DNA of 64,000 nt from Isurus oxyrinchus (GCA_026770705.1 JANJGN010000049.1:1116001-1180000), one strand, 5' to 3'. Counted from the first letter of the stretch, positions 37,640 through 52,145 are shown. The notes: generated by a model not told the origin, from the sequence alone. Numbers and translations are program-made.

Positions 37640-39200
37640 TTTGCCTTTCTCAGTGGCAGATGTCGCAGGTTTGGAAGGTTCTGTGGAATGCGGCTTGTTG
37701 AGATGCTGCAGTTCATCCACCAAGGTCCACTCTACTTTGCACCCATGGTGGAGGGAGTGTTTTTATTTTAAAATGATTGGTATGATGCCAATCAAGAGAG
37801 CCGAATTTTCTTGAATATTTTCTGAAATCTTGAGTATAATTGTTCATGCACTCTAGCCGGAAATGAAAGAATATTCATCCACTGTTTTGTTATGTGCATT
37901 ATAGACCGTGGTCAGGCTTTGGAGACTGAAGAGAATAATTACTCCTTGCACTTTTCGCAGTTTCTTATCTGCTACTGCAGTGAAAGCATTTATATGTTCT
38001 TCCAGTTTATTTTCTAATCAGAGTTAACCCCCAACATTTTGATGATGAGAGATTCTATGGTTTACTGCTGTTTATTATTTTTTAAATTTACTTCATGGAA
38101 TGAGAGCATTGTCAGCAAGGCAAACAATTGTTATCCATTCCTAAGGTACATGAAAAGAGTCACTTGCTGTACCATGTCACTTCCAGCTGCGGTTAAGATT
38201 CAACCACATTGCTGTCGGTCTGGAATCATATGAAAATGCCGCACCATGCCTTCTCTGAAGGGTATTAGTGAACCAGGTTTCTGTTTTTAATGAAAATTGG
38301 CAATAATTTCATGGGCACCATTACTGAGACTGGCTTTCAATTCCAGATTTATTAATTGAAATTGAAATCCATCAACGATTGTGGGATTCCAAACCATGCC
38401 CACAGAACATTAGCCTTGACCTTTGGATTCCGAGTACAGTGAAGTTACCACTATGAAACTATCTACACCACTTCGTGTTGCAGTGTTTAGATTTTCTTTC
38501 TTGGAGATGCCAATTATCTGACTTTTACGTGGTGTTATTGTTACTTGTCACTTCACAACTGAAGCCTGTTGTTTGTTCAGTTATTACTGAATATGTGCAA
38601 AGTTTGCTTCATTTTCTGTGCAGTCCTGAATGTGCAAACATCAACTCACAACACGACTTCCGATATAAAATTGAGGTAATGCCATTTATAGAGCTTTTGG
38701 TTGTGGCTCGGCATTGTACACAAACCTGAGCAATACGTGTAGGGTTTTGACGAGGCTGGGGTGATGAGCTTCCAACAACCAGAAATATTTAATTTACGCT
38801 GCCTGTCAGTGGAGAGCTCCCCATCCCCTCCAATTTCCATTGACTTCATTTATCTAAGGATACTGCATGCCACACTCGTTTTAATGTCGTCTTAATACCA
38901 AGTGTTACCGTCCCTCAATTGTGGTCGTTTGAGAATATTTGAGCCAAGTCCATAATGGTGAGAGGAGCCGAGTGATACTTGAAGAAATCAGAGAGAGCAT
39001 CAGGTACACGTTATTTCTGTTTAGTTACAAAATGGAACTTTGTCGTGGAGGAGGTGCAATAGCAGATATTACATTTCGGCCAGTTGCAAGGCAATTTGAA
39101 ACTCTAAAAGGCAGCTATTGTTAGAGGAAGTTGAAATAGTGCAAGGGGAATCTTGTTGATGGATGGAAACAGTTTGGTGCACCTTTCAAAATAGAAACAA
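37640..39200 (-). mobile_element. Old CR1/L2-group LINE fragments, interrupted by a SINE at 38085-38470
   Basis: TCGCAGGTTTGGAAGGTT...GAGATGCTGCAGT is shared with 52680-52740. The inverted SINE body and tail lie at 38085-38470. Confidence 0.6.
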
Positions 39201-39689
39201 TAGAGTTCTATGGCCAACGTGGTGGGAGACACAGGTGGGAATAGAATGGAAATCTGCATTGAAAAGGAGACGTTTAATGCCAGAAAACTGGAGACCATCA
39301 ATTTGGCGGTGGTGGTCTGGCGTGTGGGGAGGGGGGGTGGGGAGCGGAGGGTGGTTGGAAGTGGGGGTGTGGGTGGGGGCGGAGGGGGGGAGGCGGTGGC
39401 AGGAGGAGATTCACGACTTGAGGTGTGAATGAATGCATGCGTCTCCTTTCAGAATGCAGTGGTTGTTGAAAAACGCAGTTCAAATCAGAACACGCTGGAA
39501 TCGCTCAGCTGTTCTAAAAGTACCTACAGATAATACCAGATTTGTTGAGAATTTCAGCATTTTATCCTTGCTTTATGAATTTCTGACCAGATAAAAACTC
39601 TAGACTTGGACTTGCGCATTACTGCAGTAATTATGTTCAGCTGGATGCGTTCACTTTGAAAGGCATCTTGTTGAATAACACCTTGTCAA

Positions 39690-40510
39690 CTCAGAATACC
39701 CATGTGCAGCAAAGGACCTGTGTACCATGAGTGTAAACGCTTCCTGGTGGGCTTGTCAACACTGCATATATCCATGCTGAACTGAAATGAATCAATCCAC
39801 ACAGGCTGTCACTATGTTGAACTAAACTGCGCTTGTCATAACTGAATGTAAATTGATGAAACTGGCCCTGTCTGCCAAGATGTAACAACGCTAAACTTTC
39901 CAGCCCTTAAAGATTTTAACATTTTTGAACTGGTTCTGTCCACACTGAAATGAACTGTGATGAACTAGATCTCGCCATTCTCAATATAAGTACCCGAACT
40001 TGACCTGGATCAGGCTGTGTAGAATACAATAGTCGAGAAATGCACCTGACCACACTCAGTTTGACCATGAATATGCCTTGGCTGTGTTGAGGCTTGCTTG
40101 TATTAATCTGATCATATTCAATGCTAATCTGAAATTGTACTCACGGAATGTAACTACTCTGAAATAGGTACTTTTGCACTGATCTTACAGATGGTGACGC
40201 CGAAGTAGAAACCATATGTGCCTTTGCTAAACTGGACATGCACGCACTGACTTGGAAACATGTGGCCGCAGCTTCACTGTCGCTGAGCCAAATCTTGTAA
40301 CTTATTTCCCAACAGCACTGTGTATGCACTGACACCATATGGACTGCATCGGTGCAAGAATGCGGATTATCAACATCTTCTCAAAGTCAATTAGGGATGG
40401 CAATAAACGCTGATTTAGACATGAACGATTTAAAAAGCAGAAATAACTGTAAATGTGTTTTATCGGAGCTTCTCACGAATAACTGGTCTAGTCTGCACTG
40501 AACCAAATTA
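39690..40510 (+). repeat. Degenerate 35-bp repeat upstream of GPCR copy 3
   Basis: CCATGCTGAACTGAAATGAATCAATCCACACAGGCTGTCACTATGTTGAACTAAA and GAACTGGTTCTGTCCACACTGAAATG. A LINE tail is inserted at about 40320-40435. Confidence 0.75.
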
Positions 40511-40834
40511 TGAAAAATGTAGCCTTACCTTCCCTGAAGGCAACACGACTTAACTGTAGCTGTTACAATGAAGAGAATAACGACAGTTCTGTTAAAGTGT
40601 TTCAAGTCTCAGAGAGACTTGCAACCCAGTTGAAGTTGAATATTGAGCGTTGAGGCTGATGAGAAATTGGCTGCGATTTTCTGCATTTTTTAGGTGGTCA
40701 CTTGTGAAAACATTGCTTTAAGCTGAACCCAATGTCCAGGCACTCATCGTGTTTAATTTTTAAAAAAAACATTGTAATTCGGTTGCTTCTGTGGTCCCCT
40801 GGGCATTTTACTACAGAGTCGCCCTTGTACTAAT

Positions 40835-41043
40835 GAAAGAAAACATTCCATTTCATTAAAACAAAAACAACAGGTTAGCAGCAGCTGCACTAATCTGTTT
40901 GCTACAGTAACTAAATTGAAGTTGAATTTAAATTAATTAAGCAAGATTTCAAAACAACTAATTAGCTCTCTAGAGCCTGGCAAGAGGACTAATAGTGACC
41001 ATACTCAGTGGATTGCAGAGCACGCTCAGAGCTTCTGAAACAA
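40835..41043 (+). promoter_or_regulatory. Proximal promoter of GPCR copy 3 (partly decayed)
   Basis: CAGCTG 40882-40887, TTAATTAA, TAATTA 40959-40964 followed by GCTCTCTAGAGCC. The TATA position is mutated. Confidence 0.65.
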
Positions 41044-44000
41044 ATGCATGCAGGACCAAAAGGTCTGGTGTTTACCATTTATTGTCTCTTCCTTGCAGTT
41101 ACCAGCGTTCCAAGTGAGACATTGAGGTTACTTAGCAGTTGTGTTAAGTTATTGTTTAGCTGCATAAATTCTCATAATTATCCGTAGCGCTTCTTTATGT
41201 CACATACATGCCTTCTCCCGTTTCATGGAGTATAATGTTCCTGTCCAGGACTATAATGTGCTTTGTTACAGGGCACAATTTACCCTCTTTTACAGCATGA
41301 CTCATTCACGTTAACAGCATTAATTCACCACTTTAAAATTATGATAACTGAATTAATGACATAATTTCACGGTTTATTGTTATAATTTCTCCACTTTTAA
41401 CATTACCATTTCACTGATTTACCAGCGTAATGTCTTCATATTATCTATATTGCGGACAGCCTTTAGCTTCCATTGTCTTGTTATGAAAGGTAGAATTTTA
41501 TCTCTTCTATTATATTATTTCTTCCATCTATGTCCAACATCTGACGATGAAGATAATTTTTGATTGTGTTATTGACCCTGTTACTGTTGTTAAAAAAATA
41601 GCGCTATCACGGTGTAAAGGGAATTCCATTGTGCTATTGTCAGTACAATTTTGGCTGAATTAACACAAAGTTGTTGTGGTGTAAATTTTGTTCTATTGTG
41701 GCATCGACCCCTTCTCTGATGGTGATCTCTCACACAATGCGGATGAAATTTGATTCTGTTATTGGCTCTGTCACTTGGAGTGAATTCTCACATTGTTAAA
41801 ACTAAGCAGTTTTGTTTTGTCTGGTTGACTCTGACAGCAACGGAAAAATTCCGACCCATGAATCATTTCTTGAAATATTTAAACCATCGAAGGATCTCCA
41901 CTGAATTTAATGGATTGATATAATGAAGGAACTTTATTAGCCACTGAAATGTTGAGACGTATAACAATGCTGTAGATGTCCTTTGCCAGTGAGCTCAGTG
42001 CTTCTGTTCTAAGCCTCTAACACCCCCTGCTTCAGCCAGGCACTCCTCTCCGAAATTCTCTGCTGCTGATAGTTCTAGATTCCTTATTGCTGAGCAGGGG
42101 ATTTTCTTTTGTGCCGAACATCCGACGTTGTCTCTGACTGTTCACATCATCGTGATTTTCTCCACATTAATTGAAGCCCCAGAAGTGGCCTCATCCCTCA
42201 CATGAGCCACATAACACCCTTCTTTTAAATATCGACAACACGATAAATGTCATAATTTATCCCAATACCACAGTGTAACGCCCAGTAAATGGCACACTTA
42301 GGAGCATCTTTAGCCAAATGTCACCTCCTCATTGCCAGTTCCACTGATTCGGATCGACGCAGAAGACCTGAGTTTATGATGAGGCAAAGATCTCAGGTTT
42401 GCCACTGCCTCCAATCCAAAGTGTCCACTGCAAATTCGGAGATATGTGACTGTTTAGTGGCATCATTTTGTTGTGGATGCTTTTGAGCAAGTTGCCGGCC
42501 GGATTTTCCAACACGAAGCACATTTTTATTGCCTTATTCTTTCAGGTTCTGTGGGCCTTGCTGACTGGACAGCATTTATTTCCCATCCCTAATTGCCCTA
42601 GAGAAGTTGGGGTGAATCGTCTTATTGAACCACTGCAGCTCATGTAGTTATAGGTACTCCCACAGCACTACTAGGAAGGGATTTACAGGATTCTGCCCCA
42701 AAGAGATTGAGGGAATTGAGATATAGCTACAGGTCAGTTTAGTGTGTTGCTTGGAGGGGAACTTACAGGTGGTGCTCCAGTGTGTCAACTTCCCTTTTCC
42801 ACCGAGCTAGTAGAGGTCCCAGGATTGGAATATTCTGTTGAACATTGCAACTTGTATACAGTACACACTTCTGTTCCTGCGTTTAACGGTGGTGGCAAGA
42901 GTGAATGTTGAAGGTGGAGGATGGGGTGACAATTAAGTAGGCTGTGTATTTTTCCTGTATGATGTCAACTTTCTTGAGTGTTGTTGGAGCCAAAGTCATC
43001 CAGTCAAACTGGAAACATCCATTCAGCCGCCTGAACTGGGCATTTGATGGTGGACATACTTTGTGGAGACATGTGGGTGAGTTATTCACACCTGTCCTGT
43101 TCTTCATCTAAAATATTTAAATTGCTGGTTCAGTTCGGTCCCTGGTCAATTTCTCATCCAGGATGCTCACAAAACATTGAAAGTAGCCTCTGTGGAATAA
43201 TTGGAGGTATAAACCGTCTTCTTGATATTTTCTGCACTTACACTTGCTCGTTGTGTTATTTAACGGCATCAATGCTTATTATATATAGATTTGCAGATTG
43301 AAACAATTATTATGTACTCGATGTTCTGGTGTCATCTCTAATAAGTTTTAAACATTTTGTTGTCCTCTATTGGCCTGATTCTCATATTTTGCATTATAAT
43401 GCCATTGACTTGCCCTAGTTCCTTGATCTGGATGAGTACTTTTTATTCCAGTAAACAGTTGTTCCCCTCCAACTGAGGGTCGCACTACAAAGTTTTAAAG
43501 TTCACTCAGGATTATTTGAAACATATGAATATGTTACCCGTCGTTCTGCTCTCTCTCTCTCTTTCTCTCTGTCTCTCTGTATTGCAGCAAACTCGGCAGT
43601 GATTGTGATCCTCTGTCGAAGAAGGTGCAGCCACTCCAAATGTATCAATTATTACCTGGTGTCCATGGCAGTGACAGAAATCTTGGTCATGGTGACCGCG
43701 GTAATATTAAACAGAATTGTTGGAAATTATTTCCCATCTAGTTTCCTGTCTATCACACCAATTTGCAGTTTTCGTGCTGCCTTAAATACGGCAGCAATTG
43801 ACTGTTCTGCTTGGTTAACAGTTGCTTTCACCTTTGATTGTTTTGTCGCCATTTCTTGCCAGAAGCTAAAAATAAGATATTGCACCAAATAGATGACAAC
43901 ACGGGTTATTGTAATCGTTTTGGTACTGAATTGCATAAAAAATATCTTCATATATTTTGAATTTGAACCGAGGTGTATTATTGACAATATACCCTGGTTC

Positions 44001-44485
44001 TGTATCATTATACTTTGCTGGCATGGATATCATTTGACTGGCTTCGTTCCATATTAACCCCTTTTCTCCCAATCATTCTGATTTTACTGCTCAATGCTCT
44101 AAGCGTAAAACACATTCGAGCAGCCAATCGAGCCCGCAGGAATCTCCAGACCTAGCGCAATGGAGAGAATCAGAGTGATCCAGAGGTGGAGAAGCGGAGA
44201 AAGTCCATTGTTTTAATCTTTGGCATCTCGGGAACTTTTATCCTCTCATATTTGATATTTCTTGTAAACATTATTTATGTCCGAAGAGCCAATGTTACCT
44301 ATACCTCAGATTCTGATTTCAGTAATGTCGCATTCATTCTCCAGCAATTTGGATATATTCTTCAGCTATTGAGTTCCTGCATCAACCTATTTATTTATGC
44401 TGGGACCCAGAGTAAAATCAGAGCCGAGTTAAAGAATGGGGTGAAATATCCACTGAACCAAATTATTAAAACATTTAACATTTGA
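41044..44485 (+). pseudogene. GPR139-like GPCR copy 3, pseudogene (exon 1 41044-41113, exon 2 43588-44485)
   Basis: Exon 1 MHAGPKGLVFTIYCLFLAVTSVP with GT donor. DRF is changed to DCF; stops at 43890 and 44153; deletion near 44010. Confidence 0.92.
42535..43150 (-). mobile_element. CR1/L2-group LINE 3' end in the copy 3 intron
   Basis: Inverted tail CAGCATTTATTTCCCATCCCTAATTGCCCT and the peptide WMTLAPTTLKKVDIIQEK-LIVTPSSTFNIHSCHHR. Confidence 0.75.
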
Positions 44486-44569
44486 AAATTCATCATGAAC
44501 TGTACTTTGTATTGCAGCAGGGCATCCTGCTGACCATATCACTCACAGGCTCGCTTCCAAAGTTGCCTT

Positions 44570-45420
44570 TCTTCAAAACCTTTATTCATTACGTGCATCA
44601 TGCTGATTGGCATGCGACCATGTATTCGCGGATGCCTCAACTGTGTCTTGCCTACAAAGGCCAACGCTCCACCCACAGCCGATGTTAATGCCTCAGTAAT
44701 ACCTGTTGGGAAGTTGATTCATAATCAGTTGCATTGAAGGCTGCCAGGCTATTATTATGCGCCTCCAGGCCGATTCGCCTTGTCAGGGCGATCATGTCAT
44801 TGATCCTCATTCAGCACTAAATCCAGGCTGGTATATGGGACCAGTACAAGGTTGCTTACCTCCTCTGTTACAGCCCTCCATCCCTGCTTGCTTTGGCTAG
44901 CCAATCTCCTCAGGATGTCTGTCTGAGAGCTTACAGATTGAACGAACATATGGAGGGAGACATCAATGACCCGACGCTCAGTTTCCCTCTGCCATTTGCT
45001 ATGTTGCTATCCCTCACTGCACCATCAGCACTACTGCCTTTGGAACTAATGCTGGCTGCCATTTGAAGCTGACAGCGGCCATGTCAACACTCGTACTCCC
45101 TCCCAGCCACAACTCCTAACTGACCACATCCCTCAACTGGCATCCCGTATTTAACCGGCCTCCCGCTTCTGCCTCATGGCTGTTACCCAATTTATGATTG
45201 ACATTTGGAAGTATTTTAAAATAAAATATGAAGGAAGGGCAGCGATTTTCAAATGGCCGTGGAGTGATCACATGTTTGGCGTGTTTTGAAAATAAGACTC
45301 CTGAAGGTTGTCTCAGGATCCCAATGCATCTGAGACAGTTTCGAATTTTCTAAAGGATTCCTGGGAGACATTGGGACTTTGTGGCCACCGGTAAAATTCC
45401 GACCTGGTTCATGTAGAATT
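44570..45420 (-). mobile_element. Decayed PIF/Harbinger-like element, paralogous to 26560-28060
   Basis: Minus strand ATGGCAGAGGGAAACTGAGCGTCGGGTCATTGATGTCTCCC aligns with ATGGCAGGGGAAGGATTGCGTCATAGGCTCAATGATGCGCCC. Confidence 0.4.
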
Positions 45421-48254
45421 ATGTTCCTTATAGAGCGAAGGCATATTATGATCTCGATTAAAGTCAAATTTCCCTGGGAATAGATATAGGTAGCTGAACA
45501 TCTGACAAACTGTGTGTGCACATTGCAGCAAAGACATTCTCCCGTCCAATGTGCACGAGGGAATTCCCCCTGTCCTCCAAACTGCTGAGGTACCAGCGGG
45601 TGCTCTGCGGCCGAGGAGATGGTGAGGCCGTTTCTCTGTCCTCAGTGAGGTTAAGAGTTATTTAACGCATTCCAAATACTAATCCACCCACAGATCCACA
45701 CCAGTGGACAGCGCTTCATTGTTCCAAGTGCAGCAATGGCTTCAATACTATATTTCATTGCTGACCCACATACACAGCTAGTCGGAGGAGAGACCATTCA
45801 ACTGTCCAGACTGCGGCCAGGGCCCGGCCTGCTGGTGCTCCCTCCACAGGGCCAACACGGGTGAAAGCTGATATATCTGAATGCATGTATGTGTCGGTTA
45901 CCACCAGAAGACACAAAACAACTTAACTATCTTTCACTTGCTCGAGTTCAGTAAAGGGATACATCTACTCATTATACCTGCTGAAACACCAATACATTCA
46001 GAATGTACTGTTACCATTCATCTGTTCCCTGTACAGAAATGGCTCAAATATTTTCCTTCTAAATGCGTTATCAGCAACTTATATTGGATAAATATTGCAA
46101 TGAAAACAAAGATTTCTGTACGATCTCAAGGAGAAAGACTATGGATTATGATTTGCACTTTTATTGGCCCTTGGGCAGACCGTTTATGAAACTTCTTCAA
46201 ATTTGACTTATGAGAATTTACAACTGTTTCTTTGCATAAATTCAATATACAATTAGGTCATGTTGTCCTTATTACTGTTTGCTTGATCATTGAAAATAAT
46301 CGAATGGGTTCTGAAGTTAACCTAGTTTGACATCAATGTTTCGAACACGAAAAGGGTAAAACACCTGGAGGCACAGAGATTGCCCGGTTGTCATTGATCT
46401 TACACGAGGAGGCCTCGGGTTTGATACGGTTTGTTTAATGCTCTTTCAGGATTGCAAGTAGAAAGCTACTTAAAGGCCTTTTTGATTTCTGGGCTCGTGA
46501 ACTGTGTAAATGGAGAATTATACTCATCCGCAACTTTTTGCTGTATCTTCATGCCTCTGTAATGATGTTGTATTTTAATTAATCTAGCCAGCAGCCACTT
46601 GCACATCATTCTGAATCCATATGTGCCCGCAAACTCTGATTACTCAATGAAAGAAGGCGTAATAAATACACTTATTTAGCGTGGGATCATGATATTCCTA
46701 ACGACACAGTGTTGCAAGAGGAATTTAGCTATAATCTTAGCTTACATTCTGCAAATTTAAGCCAACATTCTGTATGTTTGTGGGCTCTGGTGGTCTGATA
46801 GCTGAACAGCAGTATGTGCTTGACAAATGATAATGAACTTAAGCCGCTGAAGGAATGGCGGCCGCGTCACCACTCGACACAATAGGTAGTGCTGGCATCA
46901 ACTGAGTTCTGAGCTCTGCCCAGTTCCGTCCTCCTCGCATCCTGACAATTTTATCAGGTTCTCCAGTTGAGTAAACTGTGTTACCAAAGAAGCCCAATTA
47001 GTGGCCGTGTTTCTTACAACTTCTCTGTCGCTATTTACTTGAAAAAATATATAAATTATCAGAGGCAGATACATAAGTGTCGATGTGCATATGCATGTAG
47101 CTGCCTGTGTGTATATGTGTTTTGCATGTTGATGTGTATGTGAATGCCTGCTTGTGAAATGTCAGGGAGATTCACAGTTTCGACATTTTTTTCTGACTAG
47201 GGCTGATTCCGTCGGTCATTCTCCCGCTTCACGCCACCAGATTTCACTTTGGACCTTTATGTATAGAGAGATGGGAATGTAATATATATGTTTCTGTTCA
47301 ACAACGAATGTTCGAACGTTAACCCAAGTCTCATCAAATCCACAGTTGAAATGATTCACTGGAGCAGGAAACGTTATTGAAAACCTCTATAAGAAACTGA
47401 GAGTTATTCATGACTTCTGCTCATACATTTGTTAATATCTCTATGATGTGTAACAGTTGAACATTCACTGTCGGGCGTGACAGGCAGCATTTCTCACTGT
47501 ACAAAAGTGTTGCTTTGCCATTTCGTATCTTCTTAAATTTCTCCGTGTAATTGTTGGACATAAAAATCGAATGCAACTTAACTGAATCTTATTGATTTTA
47601 AACTGGTTAGAACGCTGATTCTTTGTGCCAGCCCTTCCTGGAACGATGGAATTTTAATTGAACAACATTTCAAAATTAAGCGCTTTTGGTCAGCATCAAT
47701 CAAAGTGGAGGTATAGAAAGTTTAAAAAATCCAGATTTATCCATATTTTTACTGTTAATTAGCAATTTGCTGCTTCTGCATTTTAACCAAACTCTGTAAT
47801 TACATTACAACAAGGCTACTCTTGGAAACGCTTTCTTGATTATTATACAATTTGGCAACTGAATTGAACGGCGCTAAATTAATTCAAGCCTCGTTTTTTT
47901 TCACAGTCAATATGAATGAGCATGGAGCTGGGTTTGTGAAATTTATTTCACCTTTGATTTTCTGGCTGTATGAGTCACTGGTTGTGCCTCTCTGTCTGTA
48001 TTTGCCTGTGTAAGTTTACATATGCTGATTTGTGTTGTTAACTATTCTAACTTCGCAGTCGCTCTTTGTATCCCTCTCCTTGATCGCTATCTGCGATGAA
48101 ATCCCCCAACGAATGATGGTTAATGAACCCAGCATCGTTACCAGCGCCATTCTTGCTCTGATTCCTCTATAAGGAATTTATAGTTGTGCAATGGTTTTGT
48201 TCATCTTCAGCACAGCGACGAGAAGCTGTTTGTTTCACTTTTTATTCTCGACTC

Positions 48255-49040
48255 AAAGAACAAAGAAAATTACAGCACAGGAACAGGCCCTTCGGCCACC
48301 AAGCCTGCGCCGATCATATTGCCCGTCAACTAAAAGATTTTGCACTTCTGAGGTCCATATCCTCTATTCCCATCCTATTCATGTATTTGTCAGGCTGCCT
48401 ATTAAACACCACTATCGTATTTGCTTCCACCAGCTCCTCTGCCAGTGAATTCCAGACACTCAATATCCTCAGCATAAAAAAAAATTGCCCCACACATCTC
48501 CTCTATGGTTTTCTCCTCTCACCTTAAATCTATGTCCCCTAGTAAATGATTCTTCCACCCTGGGAAAAAGCTTCTGAATATTTACTCTGTCCATGCCACT
48601 CATAATTTTGTAAACTTCTATTTAGTCGCCCCTCAATCTCCATCACTCTAGTGAGAACAATTCGAGTTTCTCCAACCTCTCCTCATAGCTAATAACCTCC
48701 AGACCAGGCAGTATCCTGGTAAATCTCCCCTGCACCTTCTCCAACGCCTCCATATCCTTCTGGTAATGTGGCGACCAGAAATGCACGCAATATTCCAAGT
48801 GTGGCCTAACCAGGGTTCTATACAGCTGCAGTGTTTATATTCAATACCCCTGCCAATGAAGGCAAGCGTACCATATGCCTTCCTGACTACCATATCCACC
48901 TGCGTTGCTACTTTCAGTGACCTGTGGCCCTGTACACCCAGATCACACTGCCCGTAAATGCACTTATGTTTTCTGCAATTTACTGTATAATTTCCGCCTG
49001 TATTAAATCTTCCCAAATGCAATACCTCGCATTTTTACAG
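48255..49040 (-). mobile_element. Relatively young 5'-truncated CR1 LINE
   Basis: [49 protein letters not shown], and the inverted tail GGAACAGGCCCTTCGGCC. Confidence 0.9.
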
Positions 49041-49544
49041 GGATCAGTTCTCAAATGAACAAGAAATTGCTTTTTATTCATTGTGGCCTCAACATTTAAA
49101 ACATATTTTTGCTAATTGTGACTTTGTACAGAGGTAGTTGACTAGCTAGGGTAAGAAAATCGTAATGCAACTATATAGTGTGTTGTTAAGAATGAGCTTG
49201 CAATATTATCACAGTGTTTGGCCCTGTACCTAGGGAGGATGCACCTGTTTTAGATTGGTGAAGCAATGTGTTAAAAAGTCATTACAACAGGAGGAGATCA
49301 CGCACCACTGCGACTGTATGCTGGGTCTTTATAGACCGACCATGACAAATATTTTGCCCTCTCCCTGTGGACAGAACAGTTTACATTTTTTCTCAAGCAT
49401 TCTTTTCTTCTTTTTCCACTTCTTCTTCTCCTTCTCCTTCTTCTTCCTCATCTTCTTTGCCATCCAACCAACATAGCTTAGCTCACCACACATCATCCCC
49501 ACCCAGCAACATATTAAGTTGTCATTCTCTGCCGTGTTGCTTTC

Positions 49545-49990
49545 TTTGATGCTTCCACAAAGGTGGAGATGAGCTGACTTCTTGAAACTCTGAGATACAT
49601 ATGGTGCAGGTGAACCCGCAGGGCAGTTTGGGAAGGAGTTCCAGGATTTTGCCTCAGTGACAGTGAAGAAACGGCGTCAGTTTTCCACGTCAGAATGGTA
49701 CGTGAAGGGGGGCGGGGGGGGGAACTTGAAGTGTAGGTGTATGCTCCCCTTGTTCTTCCAGTTCGTAGGGATCTTCAGTTCTGGAGCTTCCGTAGGAGAA
49801 TTCTTGGAGAGCTGCTGCAGTGCATCTTGTGGATGGTACTCACTGCTGCCCCTGTGCGGTGGTGGTGGAATGAGTGAATATTTGTCGGTGGGGTGCCAAT
49901 CAAGTGTCTTGCTTTGCCTTGGATCTGTCGAGCTTCTTCAGTGTTGTTGTAACTGCAATTATCCAGGCTTCTTGGATGCAAAATAAGTAT
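49545..49990 (-). mobile_element. CR1/L2-group LINE 3' fragment
   Basis: IQGKARHLIGTPPTNIHSFHHHRTGAAVSTIHKMHCSSSPRILL, same family as 42535-43150. Confidence 0.7.
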
Positions 49991-50519
49991 TAGGGAAAAT
50001 TGGACTTAACCTCTGCGATAGGATTTGATTTTACCACTGCTAAGTCTCGAAATGAAACCTTATCATTTACATGAACATTTAACGGAAATGAGAGGTGATA
50101 TCAAGAAGGAAAGAGAGAAAAATACGAAATTACTTTCTGTAGTAGAAGGAAAGCTGATGACAACACAATTAAACCATGATAAGTCCCCAAAAGGCCACAT
50201 CTGGAACACCAGGTCCAATTTTGATCACCTTGCCCCCGGAAAGTATTCTGTCCTTCGAGAGATTGCAGCAACGGTTCAACAGGCACATTACTGTGCATAG
50301 GTGTTTGAATTCACAACAGACTGAATAGATTAAGCTTATAGTCCATCTGTTTTAAAGGAACAGAAGTACTAGGAGGAGGAGTAGACCACAAAGTTCCTCA
50401 AAACTCTTCCACCACTGAATACGTTAATGGCTGTGCTTCAGCTTCAACTCCGCTTTCCTGCCTGCACTCCATGTCCCTTCATTCTCTGATAGAAAAAAAT
50501 ATGTCTCTAAATTCTCCAA

Positions 50520-50855
50520 TTAAACGGTGTGCCCATGGGCATCCGCATAGGAGCAAGTTGTGCTTATCTATTTCGGTGTTTGTGGAACATTCCTTGTTCC
50601 AGTCCAACTCAGGCCTCCTCCCACAACTCTTTTATCGGTGCATCGATAAGTGATTCAGTGCCGCTTCATGCTCCCGTCTGAATGTTGAAAACAATACCAA
50701 TTTTACATCCAATTTCTACCCCTCCATCAACATCACATGGTCCACCTTCGACATTTCCGTTTCCTTTCTTAACCTCTCTGTCTCAATTTATCGTGATAGA
50801 GGGTCCACAAATATTCATACAAACCCACTGACTCCCCCAGTTACCTCGACTACTT
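50520..50855 (+). mobile_element. Penelope-like RT fragment
   Basis: GVPMGIRIG, VEHSLFQS-SGLLPQLFYRCID, SVSFLNLSVSI and KPTDSPSYLDY motifs of Penelope RT. Confidence 0.7.
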
Positions 50856-51879
50856 GTTGTTCAGGGTGGTACAATAGCATGCATAGACAACTGAATAGAG
50901 AAATAGATGACTTTCAGGGAGGCAAATTTTAATGGCACATCACTGAGAAATTGTATACCAACTCTGTATTCAAAACATTGTAATTGCCTTTATTAAGATT
51001 TATAACATTAGTAGTTTCAGATCAAAGCTTCACACCGAAAAAAATGAAGGTGAAATATTTTCAATCATGGTCTCTCTAGTCTGCAGCATATGGAGTGCAT
51101 ATGCGAATGTACTATTCCTCCATAATATTAGTGACAGCACGTGCTATAAGTCAATAGGTTCAAATCCGGTTACTATTGGTTCCAAATATTCGAACCACAA
51201 TGGTTGCGGACGTTCCTAAAGATTAATTAATACGTGCATCAATAAGCCATCTTCAACATATTAAAAACAATTTTGAAACAGAAATATCATAAAGAAAACA
51301 TGCCGCTGACTGGATTCCATTTCTGAAGAGGTCGAACGTGAAGAGTTTAGGGAGTTTCCCTCCCTAAATAAAATGATTTAGAAATGTAATGATAAGAACC
51401 CATTGAGCCAAAGTAGTGCTACTTCCATTCAAAAACAATTCATTTATTTGTTAACTTTTAAAATCAGATCAGGTTCTCAGGCTATTAGCAGAAAATATTA
51501 TTAAGCTCTGTTTGTTTCCCGCAGCGATAATTTGAATGTGTAGAGCCAACAGTTCATCAAGTTAATTATTAATATAATCTCGCTGGAAAACAATGATGCA
51601 CCCTGTCATTAAACGATATTATTGCCATTGCAAAAATCTGGTTAGATACGGTTTCATGACTGAAAATCTTTCTTGGAAGTGATGTGCTTCAGGTCCCAGA
51701 GGGAGTCCGAGTTGCCGTGGAGTCAACCACTTTTAGATGCATGTTGTAGCCTGGCGCTATACATATCTGAGGACGGGGGTTCCAAAGTTCTATCCATCAA
51801 ATAGGATAACAAGAACCTCTCCTGCTCTTCACACTAGTGTGCGTTGGACGGATTTCCAGGCTTATACTCAACATAAAAT

Positions 51880-52145
51880 AAACGCAAAATACCCCAGATG
51901 CAAGAAACCTGAAACAAACACAGGAACTGCTGGAAGAAAATCCGCTCAGGTTTCGGCAGCATCTGTGGAGAGATAAACTCTGGCAGTTCCGAGGCCAAAA
52001 TGACTGACTTTCCTGACCTTCAGAGAGTTAGAAGTGGCTCAGATTGTAAGTCATGTCATCCTGAGCCCAAAACCTTTGCTTGATTTCTCTCTCAGTAGAT
52101 GCCGCCAGACCTACACAGTTTTTTATTTCGAGAACTCTCTGCTTT
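51880..52145. mobile_element. Degenerate Penelope-derived palindrome
   Basis: TCAGGTTTCGGCAGCATCTGTGGAGAGATAAA pairs with TTTCTCTCTCAGTAGATGCCGCCAGACCT. Confidence 0.6.

Noticed and set aside
45465-45485. Isolated EBF-like palindrome TTCCCTGGGAA as an enhancer
   Set aside because: A single short motif. Similar ones occur inside repeats (about 1126, 7388), and I saw no paralogous conservation.
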